From assembly GCA_002269645.1 (NCBI GenBank), contig NIVC01001156.1, positions 176,918 to 240,917 on the forward strand: a DNA stretch of 64,000 nt, written 5' to 3'. The notes under the pieces were generated by a model, which was not told the DNA's origin, ran no database searches, and worked only from the letters and a program-made list of their open reading frames with translations. The position numbers were made by a program, and so were the translations under genes. The DNA is from Macrostomum lignano. Its lineage: Eukaryota. Below, one piece after another: positions 25,574 through 37,496 of this stretch. Position 1 is the stretch's first letter. Every line of letters begins with the position of its first letter.

Positions 25574-27307
25574 AGTTGCCGGGTGCTGATAGTACTTCTG
25601 CTTGTTTAGCTGAAGGTCACAGTTAGCATTAATTTAAAATAAAATAATAAGCAATAAACTGAAAAGTTTCACTCTTTTTCTAATAGCAAGAATAATATAA
25701 GGTGAAATTATAAAGAAAGTAACCATTGTGCATTTGAATAAAGTTCGAATTCAACTTAACTTATAATAGTTTTTCCCCAAAATTAAGTTATAAATAATAC
25801 ATTTTAATCCCTGAATATTTCAACCTCAGACAAATATTGTTGTTGTATCTGTAGAAAGGGTTTAAATGGCGGAAAGTTAAACAACCATTAAGCAACTATT
25901 ACATTCATATCTATAGTCCAGATTCAGCAAAATTTCTTTAAAAATCATGCAGTCAATGCAAAAGTTTGATAATTGATTCAACTGTTTAATTTATGCAAAA
26001 ATCCACTTGGTCAAGCTGGTCTTCATAAAATAGTTTGCAATAAATTTGTCAAATTTACTTATAGTTCATCTCAAATTACAGTTGAACAGTATCAGACATG
26101 TTTGTAATAGAAATATATTTTATGGCATGCATCAACATCAATTCAATAGCTCATTTTACTTTTTTTACAAAAAACATAGTATTTTGTGAACCCCTGTCAA
26201 TAGTCAAAGTAGGCATATATAGGAATACACATCCAAACTAATTAAGTAAATTGAGTAATTGAGTCAATCGTGATAGATACAAACGTTATTACGAACTATT
26301 AACTGTTAAAAAACGAAGAATAGATGTTTTCTGTGCAGCTCAGCATATATATAATATATATACAGTATGCTGGACTAAATTTTATTGTCGACTGATTAAA
26401 GCCTATAAAGGTAACATAAAATGTACAATATTAGTTTTCGTAAGTTCGCGAGCTGTAAAACTGCAAGTGGCTAATTTGTCTCACGCGATGAACAATAACT
26501 GGTCACATAATATTGTGAATGGAATACCAGAGCAGCAGTATTGGAAAAAGGTTTAGTTTTTTTGCTTTAAAACATTCCACTGCATCAAGCAACAGGAATA
26601 ACGCAGGTCCTTATAAGTTGTTAAATAAGTCTAGAATGTTGAATTAGATAAATCGTTTAAGTTTTATTCTAAAAATTGGTGCTCATGCCGTACGTTCTAC
26701 AGTATTTTGTTTTTATTTAAAAAATCGTTTAAAATCATCGAGATTTTTAATTTTTATGTATAATATAATTTTATGCGGAGATTTTTTATTATAGTTTTTA
26801 CCGTTACCGTGCGTAGAATGTGCGTATTTTTCACGTATTTTCTGCCCTGAGCATCGACCAAAACTTTATACAGTTTACAGTTGTAAAATTGGCCAGGCCA
26901 TTGGTATGTGGTATGGTGACCACTGACTAGAAATCAATACTAAATCAATCAATGGCTAGGGTCTATGGCTTTGCAGCTTTGCTATATAGTTCTTGGAAGG
27001 CCTAATGAGTCATGACTAATGCATATTTTTTATAATCAAGTTTTCATTTCTAGAGATTTTTGCCAAAGCCTATTAGCGCAATCCTCTAGACTAGAGTCTA
27101 GTTTTGCACATTTAGGGCCTAATTATTTTTCAAAAAATAGTGACTTTATTAGGCCTAGACTGTAAGTGTAAGGCCTAGCCGCCTAGTGGATGACCACCTC
27201 GGCAGGAATCCATCTATTCTTTTTCTCCCTTCTGAAATCTAGCATCAGAACTTTTTCTCCCTTCTGGAACTTTCTCAGCAATGCTCCTCTATGGCTTTGT
27301 CATTCGG

Positions 27308-27815
27308 TCACACTAGTCTGCTTAGGGCATATCGCATATCCAGTACTTTTAAATAGGTGTTCAGCCTAAGAAAGTCTAATTGAGTCCGGTGCTTGTAGCA
27401 TAGCATCATTTCACCTGGCATCCTACCAGTTATAGAGTGAGGTGTACTTCTGTATTTGAACAAGAAGTTCTGCATACTCAGTATTGGGTCTCCATCCATT
27501 TTGATTCTAGCTTTAATAGCAGACTTCGCAGTCTGGACCATCCTCTTGCTAAGTCCATTAGTATGCAGATGTCTAGCAGCCATTAAAATCTGACAAATAT
27601 TATTTTGCTTCAAAAATGCACAATGAGTAAAACTGACTGCCGTTGTCACTTAAGACTTGCTGAAGAATTCCGAACCTTGTGAAAGTATTTTGCAGGCACT
27701 CAATTGTCTTACTTGTAGTCACATGTTTCATAGGAAAAATCTTGACCTATTTGCTAGGCCCTAGTTGCGTCAACAATGATAAGCCAGAAATCTGTTAGTG
27801 AAATGGTCCTATGAC
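27308..27815 (-). mobile_element. Degenerate Ty3/Gypsy LTR-retrotransposon integrase core
   Basis: GPF...LIIVDA...SK*VKIFPMK..TTSKTIECL...F.RFG....VLSDNGSQF, then HTNGLSKRMVQTAK...FLFKYRSTPHSITGRMPGEMM...RTQLD. Contains stops and frameshifts. Confidence 0.78.
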
Positions 27816-28129
27816 TTACTTGACTTAGCTGCAGGATGGTCCGTAGACACAGCGGAGAGGCAAAGGTCGTCCATTCCACTAGCCCCTGAAGGCCCATAGA
27901 CAGGCAGAGGCGTGGGGCCGGTCAGGGTGGTCCACCAGTCCATCCTGTAGCGTGATCTTCTGTTGGGAAGAAACTAGCTCGTCTAGTTGCCTGAAAGAAC
28001 TGGATGAGCTAAGGGATACTGTTGGGCTGGCAGACCTCATCAATAGATGGGTTTGGCGTAGGTAGTGTAGCCAGTCTCTGTTGAAGAAAGGGCAGTGACA
28101 AACGAAGTGCTAAGCATCTTCATTGTTGT

Positions 28130-28740
28130 ACTTACAAAAAGGGCAAAGTTTGCTCTCAAGGTCACCTCGGAGAAAGCAGTGCCTGGCGAGGTAGCCATGG
28201 CCAGTAAGGGTCATGACAAGGGCTCCAATTCTGGTTCAAAAAGATGTTTCTAAGCCTGCAAGATGGGCAGGGAACCGCGGCATGAGATTGCCGGCAGTTT
28301 TGAGTGCCCACCCATCTATCCCTATGGAGGGAGTCAGCCCAGTCGTCGATCTGACGATTGATGACTGTCAAGGGCATAGGGACCAGGGGGGCAGGGCCAA
28401 AGAAAGAGCCAGAGCCACCCCTCTTGGCGAGGGTATCTGCCAGCTCGTTCCCCGGAAAGCTTGCATGCCCTGGGATCCACTTCAGCCTGACAGTATTGCT
28501 ACTGGCCAGGAGGTTGAGCTGCCGGGCGCAGTCGACGACTGTCCAGGAGTTCGTTGTGGTATGGCAAAGGTCCCATGTAATCCAGCTAGATTCTTGTCCA
28601 TGGCTTCTCTGGCCAAACAAGAGGTTGTACAGGTGCCTGTGCAGGTAAATTTCTTTGCAACTAGAAACCTTTACAGCTTTGGATGGCTTTGATGGCACTA
28701 TTGATTCCAAGGAACCAAACATGCAGCCTAGCAATAAACT
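28130..28740 (-). mobile_element. Non-LTR retrotransposon (LINE, RNase H-bearing clade) C-terminal remnant
   Basis: VVDCARQLNLLASSNTVRLKWIPGHASFPGNELADTLAKRG is an RNase HI C-terminal motif, followed by GP.P...W...H...W...CRQ and a frameshifted LTGH. Confidence 0.75.
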
Positions 28741-30529
28741 TCATAGTAACTATTCTAGGGTGTCCATCATGAAGCAACTCCAGAACTATTTGTTGCATAC
28801 TCCCTGGAATAACAATACGCAGTCCCTAGAAAATCACTCCTTGCTCAATACAAAGCTCATTTCTTTTACAAAAATACTGTTCTAAGCCTGGCTCACTTGT
28901 TTCTAGCCAGCCATTTTGGCAATAGTGAATGACTTTTTGAAGTTCTGTGTCTTTCTGTGTCGCAGTTCTAATTGTCTCTGCCATGATTGGTAGCATCTCA
29001 AGTCTGACTTCCAGAATTTTGTCACATGAGATATTCTTGGCTCAATCTAGTAAGCTTGCATATATCTAAAGTATCCAGAAATTAAAATAGATTGATAAAA
29101 ACACTTTTAAACAAGTTAAATACATATAAATTAACGATTTTCTATATCAATCTAAATCTCTCAAAATGTGCAAAAATCTATCTCAATTATTTTTTTGTTT
29201 TTTATCAAGTTCATTGGTGCATTCTTTTGGAACATATCAATTAATATATACTTTTATTCTCATTTGTTACCAAAGTGGCTATTACAAAAAAACTATTATC
29301 AAAGTCATTTTTTGTTACCAAAGTGGCTATTATCAAAGTAGACTGTTACCACTTAAAGACTAGTAAACAACTTTCAAAATTCTATTTTATTCCATGGTTT
29401 AACTATAAGATCAGATAGCTATATCTATTGCTCTATCTACTGCTCCATTTCCTTCTCTATCAACTGCTCTATCTAGTGCTTAAAACACTATATTATAAAG
29501 TATGCAATACTATCAACAAAATTTTGTCAACATTTAAATTTTTATTTTATCTAATACTTATCTAATAAATTATAATATTAAATAAAAAAGGTCAGTTCAA
29601 AATAAAAAATATATTTTAGCCTTGCATTTTAAAACAGCCTTATGTTTAAGAATTACTTATTTATTAAATTTTAAAAAATATAAAAGCTTGTTTTTGTAAA
29701 TATCTAAATTTATAAATTGGTAACATGGGAAAATAAGATTTGCCTATAAATCTTTTCCTGCTAAGATTTATCTATTAGACAGGTTTTGCTTGCTCTCATT
29801 TGCCTATTAAGCTTTTCTCACTAAGATTTAGCTGTCAATCCCAATCCTATTTGTTCAGTAAGCTTTTTGTAAAGATTTGCCCATAATACTTTCTTCATTG
29901 GTATGCATTTAGTCCCATTGTAGATTTTGCCTTCTAATGTTAGGAAGCCTTAATAAAAATATTAAAGGAGACAAAAAGACGGTTTTAATTTAGTGACACA
30001 AACAAGTGTCTCTTTCTCTTACTGAATAAAGCAAGCAGCCAATCTAGCAACATGGAAAATATATATAATAATAACCCCCAGAAGAACAATTCTAGATCCA
30101 TTCCTTAGTATAAAAGGAACTTGATATACAGTTAATAATAGAAAATTTTGATTGAGTAAATATTTTGGATTATGATGGAATCACTAAAGTGCTACAGCTG
30201 TAAAAAAACTTATTGGGGATCTGATATCTTAGGCTTGATTGCTAGCCTTCAAGGTGAATGCTCTTTTGCACTTTTGCTTTTTGCATTTGTCTTAAGAGAT
30301 TAACTAACTATATAGGGTCAAGACCTAAATGTAATTTATTCAAACACATTTGCTCCTTTTTTGCTGCCTTTCCAACAGGGGTATGGATTGCTAATCTTAG
30401 CAAATAGTTGTGTGCTAATATAGATTTCATTTCAATCCAGTTTACATTAATTTGCAAGTAATAATTAATAATAATATCAATTGATTACACCTTATTGCAT
30501 CTGAAGGCTGCATACGGCTGTTCAGTCCA

Positions 30530-30632
30530 TGGATGGGGGTCGCCACACATCCTCAATTACCCCAGCTAATGCTGGCACCCATTTTACAGCTGGGTGAACT
30601 GAAGCAATGCAGAGTTAAGTGGGTACAACACT
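30530..30632 (+). mobile_element. Possible SINE/LINE-tail fragment
   Basis: GCTGGCACCCATTTTACAGCTGGGTGAACTG...AGTTAAGTG resembles a motif I recall from widespread invertebrate retroposons. Not verified. Confidence 0.3.
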
Positions 30633-30801
30633 AACCACTACTTGGCTACAACCCCCTTCGTGTCCTTTCATGCGAAAGTTCTCTCGAATGCATCAGATTG
30701 TCTCATATTTTTCTGTCTATACTACTTCATGCTCGTCCATTTAGTAGTGCTCACCAGATATTTACCTGAGTCACCATTAGTTATAAGCTTAAAATTCTAC
30801 T

Positions 30802-33800
30802 ATGTACATCAACGTGCGCTCAATGGACGGCCAGTCCATGCAGCTGCGGGACATTTCAAAGCGAACGTCTGTCAAGGAGCTCCGTCGGCTCATCGCTGCC
30901 GCACGTCCCGACGCTGCGGTTGATCGGCAGCGGCTGTTCTTTCGGGGCAAGCTGCTGGTGGACGAGCACACCTTGTTCGAGTACGGGGTGCAGATCAATG
31001 ACGTCATTCAGCTGATGCTCGCCGCTCAGCAGCCGGTTGCCGGGGGTGACAGTGAGAATTCCGATGAAGCTCGGGATGCTGAGCCAGCCGATTCCAGCGA
31101 GGAATTCAAGCACGACGAGGACTGCTTGGCTGGCAGTTTGTACGAGCCGGGAGATCGAGTCGATGTCCGGGATCCCACCATGGGCTGCTGGTTCGAGGCT
31201 CGGGTTGCTGCAATTCGAAAACGGATCGACACGGACGTTGATGAGGTGTCGCGTGCGCCTGCTGGGGCCCTGGCGGATTGGGAGGCTGCCGGGGCTGATG
31301 ACGGATGCGTGTATCAGGTGAGGCTGGGGCTGATGACGGATGCGTGTATCAGGTGAGGCTGGGGGCTGATGACGGATGCGTGTATCAGGTGAGGCTGGGG
31401 GCTGATGACGGATGCGTGTATCAGGTGAGGCTGGGGGCTGATGACGGATGCGTGTATCAGGTGAGGCTGGGGGCTGATGACGGATGCGTGTATCAGGTGA
31501 GGCTGGGGTCTGATGACGGATGCGTGTATCAGGTGAGGCTGGGGGCTGATGACGGATGCGTGTATCAGGTGAGGCTAGGGTCTGATGACGGACGCGTGTA
31601 TCAGGTGAGGCTGGGGGCTGATGACGGATGCGTGTATCAGGTGAGGCTAGGGTCTGATGACGGATGCGTGTATCAGGTGAGGCTGGAGCTGATGACGAAT
31701 GCGTGCATCAGGTGAGGCTGGGGGGCTGATGACGGATGCGTGTATCAGGTGAGGCTGGAGCTGATGACGAATGCGTGCATCAGGTGAGGCTGGGGGGCTG
31801 ATGAAGGATGCGTGTATCAGGTGAGGCTGGGGGCTAATGACGGATGCGTGTATCAGGTGAGGCTGGAGCTGATGACGAATGCGTGCATCAGGTGAGGCTG
31901 GGGGGCTGATGAAGGATGCGTGTATCAGGTGAGGCTGGAGCTGATGACGAATGCGTGCATCAGGTGAGGCTGGGGGGCTGATGAAGGATGCGTGTATCAG
32001 GTGAGGCTGGGGGCTAATGACGGATGCGTGTATCAGGTGAGGCTGGAGCTGATGACGAATGCGTGCATCAGGTGAGGCTGGGGGCTGATGACGGATGCGT
32101 GTATCAGGTGAGGCTGGAGCTGATGACGAATGCGTGCATCAGGTGAGGCTGGGGGGGCTGATGAAGGATGCGTGTATCAGGTGAGGCTGGGGGCTAATGA
32201 CGGATGCGTGTATCAGGTGAGGCTGGGGGCTGATTCTCTTCCCATCACGCTGATCCCTGAGCACATGCAAGGCAATTCAACCAATTCAATCCCCAGGTTG
32301 TCTTCGAAGACGATGCGGAATTGAAAATCGCCGTCTTCACGCGAAATCTGCGGCCCAGGGCGAGTCAGCGGGTGACCCTCGGCCAGCTGACTGAGGGCCA
32401 GACTGTGCTGTGCAACCACAACTATGACAACCCTGCGGCTGTTGGATACTGGTGAGCTAAGTTTGATTCTTGACTCCTCACTGACCTCCCTTGACCTCGC
32501 CTAAACTACTCAGTGTCAGTAAACTTCCCTGTCTGTCACTGAAATTGCTGACCCCATCTTCACTGACCCCTTGACCCCACCCTGTCCCAGTGTCACTGAC
32601 CCCTGACCCAACCCTGTCCCAGTGTCACTGACCCCTGACCCCACCCTGTCCCAGTGTCACTGACTCCTGACCCCACCCTGTCCCAGTGTCACTGACCCCT
32701 GACCCCACCCTGTCCCAGTGTCACTGACCCCCTGACCCCACCCTGTCCCAGTGTCACTGACCCCCTGACCCCACCCTGTCCCAATGTCACTGACCCCCTG
32801 ACCCCACCCTGTCCCAGTGTACCTGACCCCCTGACCCAACCCTGTCCCAGTGTCACTGACCCCCTGACCCAACCCTGTCCCAGTGTCACTGACCCCCTGA
32901 CCCCACCCTGTCCCAGTGTCACTGACCCCTGACCCCACCCTGTCCTAGTGTCACTGACCCCCTGACACAACCCTGTCCCAGTGTCACTGATCCCTGACCC
33001 CACACTGTCCCAGTGTCACTGACCCCTGACCCCCACCTGTCACTCGCGCAGGTACGACGCCACGGTAGAGAGCGTCGGCCGCGCCGAAGCCCGCACCACC
33101 GTATACGTGGGCCCGCAGCTGGTGCCGGTGGCGGAGCGCAGGCTGCGGCCGCAGGACACGGTCTACGCCGTGCTCCGCCCATCCGCCGCCGAGGTCGCCG
33201 CCGACGGGCCGAAAGCTTGGCGTTCGAATCTGACCGACGTCTTGTTGGCATCCTCGACATCGTCCAACAAGGAGCTCCGCCCGACAGCCGTCAGCTGCCA
33301 GCACTGCCGCGACAAGCCCGACCGGCCCTGCCGGCACTGCGGTTGCTCCGTGTGCGCCGGCAAAGCCGACCAGGACCGCCTGCTGCTCTGCGACGAATGC
33401 GACAAGGCCTTCCACACGTTCTGCCTGACGCCAGCGCTGGAGGCCGTGCCAGACGATGACTGGTACTGCTCCGACTGCAAGCGCGACACCAGCCAGGTGG
33501 TGCTGGCCGGCCAGAAGCTCAAAGCCACTAAGAAAGCTGCCGCAGCGGCCGCCGCCGCAGCCGAAGGCAAGCGCGACTGGGGCAAAGGTTTCGCCTGCTC
33601 CGGCCGGACAAAGACCTGCACTCTGGTGCCCACCAATCATTTTGGCCCGGTGCCGTCGGTTGAGGTCGGCCAGAGCTGGATGTTTCGCCTGCAGGTGAGT
33701 CCAGGCAAATCCGTGACCCAAATAAAACCCGTGTTCAAGCATTCAATAGTGACTTTCTATGACTCAACTCTCACTTGCACACATAAGAGCCATATCTGAC

Positions 33801-35308
33801 TCATTTCCTGTCTATGACCCGTCATTATCAGTCTATGAGTAATCTGATGCATCATCCAGCATCACGGACCCATCATCCGGCATCTATGACCTATCACCCA
33901 GCATCTCTGACCCATCATCCAGCATCTCTGACCATCATCCAGCATCTCTGACCCATCATCCAGCATCTCTGACCATCATCCAGCATCTCTGACCCATCAT
34001 CCAGCATCTCTGACCATCATCCAGCATCTCTGACCATCATCCAGCATCTCTGACCCATCATCCAGCATCTCTGACCCACCTGTCCGAAGGTGTCCGAGGC
34101 CGGCGTGCACCGGCCGCCCGTGTCCGGCATCGCTGGCCGAGATGCCGAGGGCGCCTACAGCATCGTGCTGTCCGGCGGCTACGAAGACGACGTTGACAAC
34201 GGGGACGAGTTTCTGTACACCGGCAGCGGCGGCCGCGACCTCAGTGGCAACCGGCGCACAGCGGCGCAGAGCTGCGACCAGGAGCTCACCAGGATGAACC
34301 GTGCCCTGGCGCGCAACGTCGCCGCGCCAATCAACGAGTTGGACGGCGCCGACGCCGGGGCGCGATGGCGCGAAGGCAAACCCGTGCGAGTGGTGCGGAA
34401 TTATAAAGCGGCCAAGCACAGCAAATTCGCGCCCACCGTTGGCAACAGATACGATGGCATTTATAAGGTGGGCTTTTTGACATTTTCAGGCTTGATGCCA
34501 GCAGTAATCCCCTTTCCCTTCATCCTTCTACTGAAAACTGATTTCCTGATCCCCTTGCCCGAAGGTGGTGAAATACTGACCCCCTGACCCCCCCGCCCGC
34601 AGGTGGTGAAATACTGACGCCCTGACCCCCCGCCCGCAGGTGGTGAAATACTGGCCTCACGTCGGCAAGTCGGGCTTCCGGGTCTGGCGCTACCTGATGC
34701 GCCGTGACGACCCGGTGCCGGCGCCGTGGACCCCGGAGGGCCGCAAGCGAGTGGAGTCGCTGGGCCTGAAGATGGAGCTGCCCGAGGGCTACCGGGAGGA
34801 CGGCCAGGAGAATTCGGCCCCCTCTGCCGCCCCCTCTGCCGCCCCCTCTGCCGCCCCCGCAGCCGCAGCGGCCGGCAGCGCGGAGAAAAAGCGGCGGGGC
34901 AGGAAGCGCAAAGCAGCAGCAGAAGATGAAGCCGCGGCAGCCTCAGCCGAGCAGCAGCAGAAGAAGCCGCGCTACAGCCCGGACTCGGAGCTCACTGCGG
35001 CGATCGAAGCCGACCAGGTGAACTCGAGCCGCTGGCGCGAGGCCCTGGACAGCGGAGCCGACGGCATCCGGGAGTTCCGCTCCGCTGTGGAAAGAATTTT
35101 CACCTGCGTTGTCTGCTGCGACCTGGTCGGACTGCGGCCAGCCACCACGCCGTGCGGTCACAACGCCTGTCTGGACTGCCTGCAGCGCTCGCTGGATGCT
35201 GGCCTGGCCGCCTGCCCCGTGTGCCGGGCCGGCCTCGCGCAGGACCAGCTGGCTGTCAACCACCGCCTGGCCAAGGCGCTGTCGCTGGTGTTCCCCGGCC
35301 TGGCCTGA
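30802..35308 (+). CDS. UHRF1: E3 ubiquitin ligase UHRF1 (UBL-TTD-PHD-SRA-RING); exons 30802-31317, 32297-32451, 33052-33694, 34090-34467, 34640-35308
   Basis: UBL ([10 protein letters not shown]...QRLFFRGK), tandem Tudor ([11 protein letters not shown]...GCWFEA), PHD (CRHCGCSVC...[27 protein letters not shown]), SRA ([11 protein letters not shown]...[30 protein letters not shown]...[13 protein letters not shown]), RING (CVVC...TPCGHNAC..C...CPVC). All introns are GT-AG and in frame. Confidence 0.97.
31291..32232 (+). repeat. 35-38 bp minisatellite made of the UHRF1 exon 1 end plus its 5' splice site (26 copies of CAG|GTGAGG)
   Basis: Unit GGGGCTGATGACGGATGCGTGTATCAG|GTGAGGCTG. The first copy overlaps the coding exon. 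Confidence 0.96.
32565..33040 (+). repeat. 32-33 bp minisatellite in UHRF1 intron 2 (CTGACCCCACCCTGTCCCAGTGTCACTGACCC)
   Basis: About 14 units ending just before the exon 3 acceptor. Confidence 0.94.
33870..34078. repeat. ~21 bp minisatellite in UHRF1 intron 3 (CATCCAGCATCTCTGAC[C]CAT)
   Basis: Direct inspection. Confidence 0.9.
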
Positions 35309-35399
35309 TGGGGAGGCTGGCTGGCTCTTCATCTCGTAGCTTTTAGGGGAAATCGTTAATGCGTTATACTCATTTAATCCTAATCGATTTGTAATCCCA

Positions 35400-36170
35400 T
35401 TGGATTCAAATCCCTAATATATTCAAATCCATTGGAATCAAATCCCAGTGGACTCAAATCTCAGTGGCCTCAAATCCCAGTGGCCTCAAATCTCAGTGGA
35501 CTCAAATCCCATTGGACTCAAATCCCATTAGACTGAAATCTCAGTGGATTCAAATCACATTGGACTCAAATCCCATTAGACTCAAATCCCAGTGGACTCA
35601 AATCCCATTGGACTCAAATCCCATTGGACTCACTCAAATCCCATTGGGCTCGAATCCCAGTGGACTCAAATCCCATTGGACTCAAATCCCATTAGACTGA
35701 AATCTCAGTGGATTCAAATCCCATTGGACTCAAATCCCATTAGACTTAAATCCCAGTGGACTCAAATCCCATTGGACTCAAATCCCATTAGACTCAAATC
35801 CCAGTGGACTCAAATCCCATTGGACTCAAATCCCAGTGGACTTAAATCCCAGTGGACTTAAATCCCATTGGACTCAAATCCCTAAAATATTCAAATCCAT
35901 TGGACTCAAATCCCAGTGGACTCAAATCCCAGTGGACTCAAATCCCAGTGGACTCAAATCCATTGGACTCAAATCCCAGTGGACTCAAATCCCAGTGGAC
36001 TCAAATCCCAGTGGACTCAAATCCATTGGACTCAAATCCCATTGGGCTCGAATACCATTAGATTCAAATCCCATTCTATTTAAAATCCCATTGGATTTAC
36101 ATCTCATCAGCTTCAAATCCCATTAAGTTCAAATTCTATTGGATTCAAGTCCCATTGGATTGAAATTCCA
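35400..36170. repeat. 16 bp minisatellite (GGACTCAAATCCCA[T/G]T)
   Basis: Downstream of the UHRF1 stop codon. Confidence 0.93.
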
Positions 36171-36594
36171 TTATGATTGAAATGTCCTATTGTAATCAGT
36201 GTGAGGTAAATCTAACAATTACAAACAAATTTCAATTTTTATTTCACACTAAGCGACTCTGTTATTGTAACTTATTCTGCATTAATTCTACTATTAATAC
36301 TTATAGTAGCGCTCTTCGCATTTCGTCTCATTCGTTTGCTGCAGTTAAAATTTGTACTTTATTGGTAGCTATTTTAAAAAATTATACATAGGTATTTTTC
36401 CTATTAAAGGATGCCCCGGCATTTTTGCATTTTTGTCTAACTGCTGCTTGATACCCCACTGTTGCGTTTATAATTAAATTTGTCTGGCATGTGCAAATTA
36501 AACTGCTAAACTTTTTGCACTCTATCTGCTTACATTTTCTGGTTCTCACTTATTTGGCTAAATTTGGCTTAGCATATCGAGTTTTAGGGGGCCA

Positions 36595-37428
36595 CTGGGC
36601 CAGCCTCCCAGATCCCCAGTCGCTGGGCCAGCCTCCCAGATCCCCAGTCGCTGGGCCAGCCTCCCAGATCCCCAGTCGCTGGGCCAGCCTCCCAGATCCT
36701 CAGTTGCCAGCCTCCCACTCCCAGATCCTCAGTCGCTGGGCCAGCCTCCCAGATCCCCAGTCGCTGGGCCAGCCTCCCAGATCCCCAGTCGCTGGGCCAG
36801 CCTCCCAGATCCCCAGTCGCTGGGCCAGCCTCCCAGATCCCCAGTCGCTGGGCCAGCCTCCCAGATCCTCAGTTGCCAGCCTCCCACTCCCAGATCCTCA
36901 GTCGCTGGGCCAGCCTCCCAGATCCCCAGTCGCTGGGCCAGCCTCCCAGATCCCCAGTCGCTGGGCCAGCCTCCCAGATCCCCAGTCGCTGGGCCAGCCT
37001 TCCAGATCCTCAGTTGCCAGCCTCCCACTCCCAGATCCTCAGTCGCTGGGCCAGCCTCTCAGATCCCCAGTCGCTGGGCCAGCCTCCCAGATCCTCAGTT
37101 GCCAGCCTCCCAGATCCTCAGTTGCCAGCCTCCCAGATCCTCAGTTGCCAGCCTCCCACTCCCAGATCCTCAGTCGCTGGGCCAGCCTCCCAGATCCCCA
37201 GTCGCTTGGCCAGCCTCTCAGATCCCCAGTCGCTGGGCCAGCCTCCCAGATCCCCAGTCGCTTGGCCAGCCTCCCAGATCCCCAGTCGCTGGGCCAGCCT
37301 CCCAGATCCCCAGTCGCTGGGCCAGCCTCCCAGATCCCCAGTCGCTGGGCCAGCCTCCCAGATCCCCAGTCGCTGGGCCAGCCTCTGAGATCCCCAGTTG
37401 CTGGGCCAGCCTCCCAGATCCTCCCAGA
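36595..37428 (+). repeat. 28 bp minisatellite (GGGCCAGCCTCCCAGATCCCCAGTCGCT) upstream of ATP5PO
   Basis: Direct inspection; same family as 51300-52265 (inverted). Confidence 0.95.
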
Positions 37429-37496
37429 TCAAAAGCAGCAGACGTTGCTGAAGTCAAAACAGGCCTTCTGTACAATCTTGCAGCCAGTGCTCCATC

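Noticed and set aside
26961-27901. Two isolated GTCTATGG/CCATAGAC copies (26961, 27894) as Crypton ends around the Gypsy remnant
   Set aside because: Matches the chance expectation (~2 per window); no hairpin, shared flanks or YR nearby.
31291-32232. CTGATGA in every UHRF1 repeat unit (hammerhead ribozyme core?)
   Set aside because: No GAAA counterpart or three-stem pairing; it simply encodes A-D-D of the duplicated exon end.
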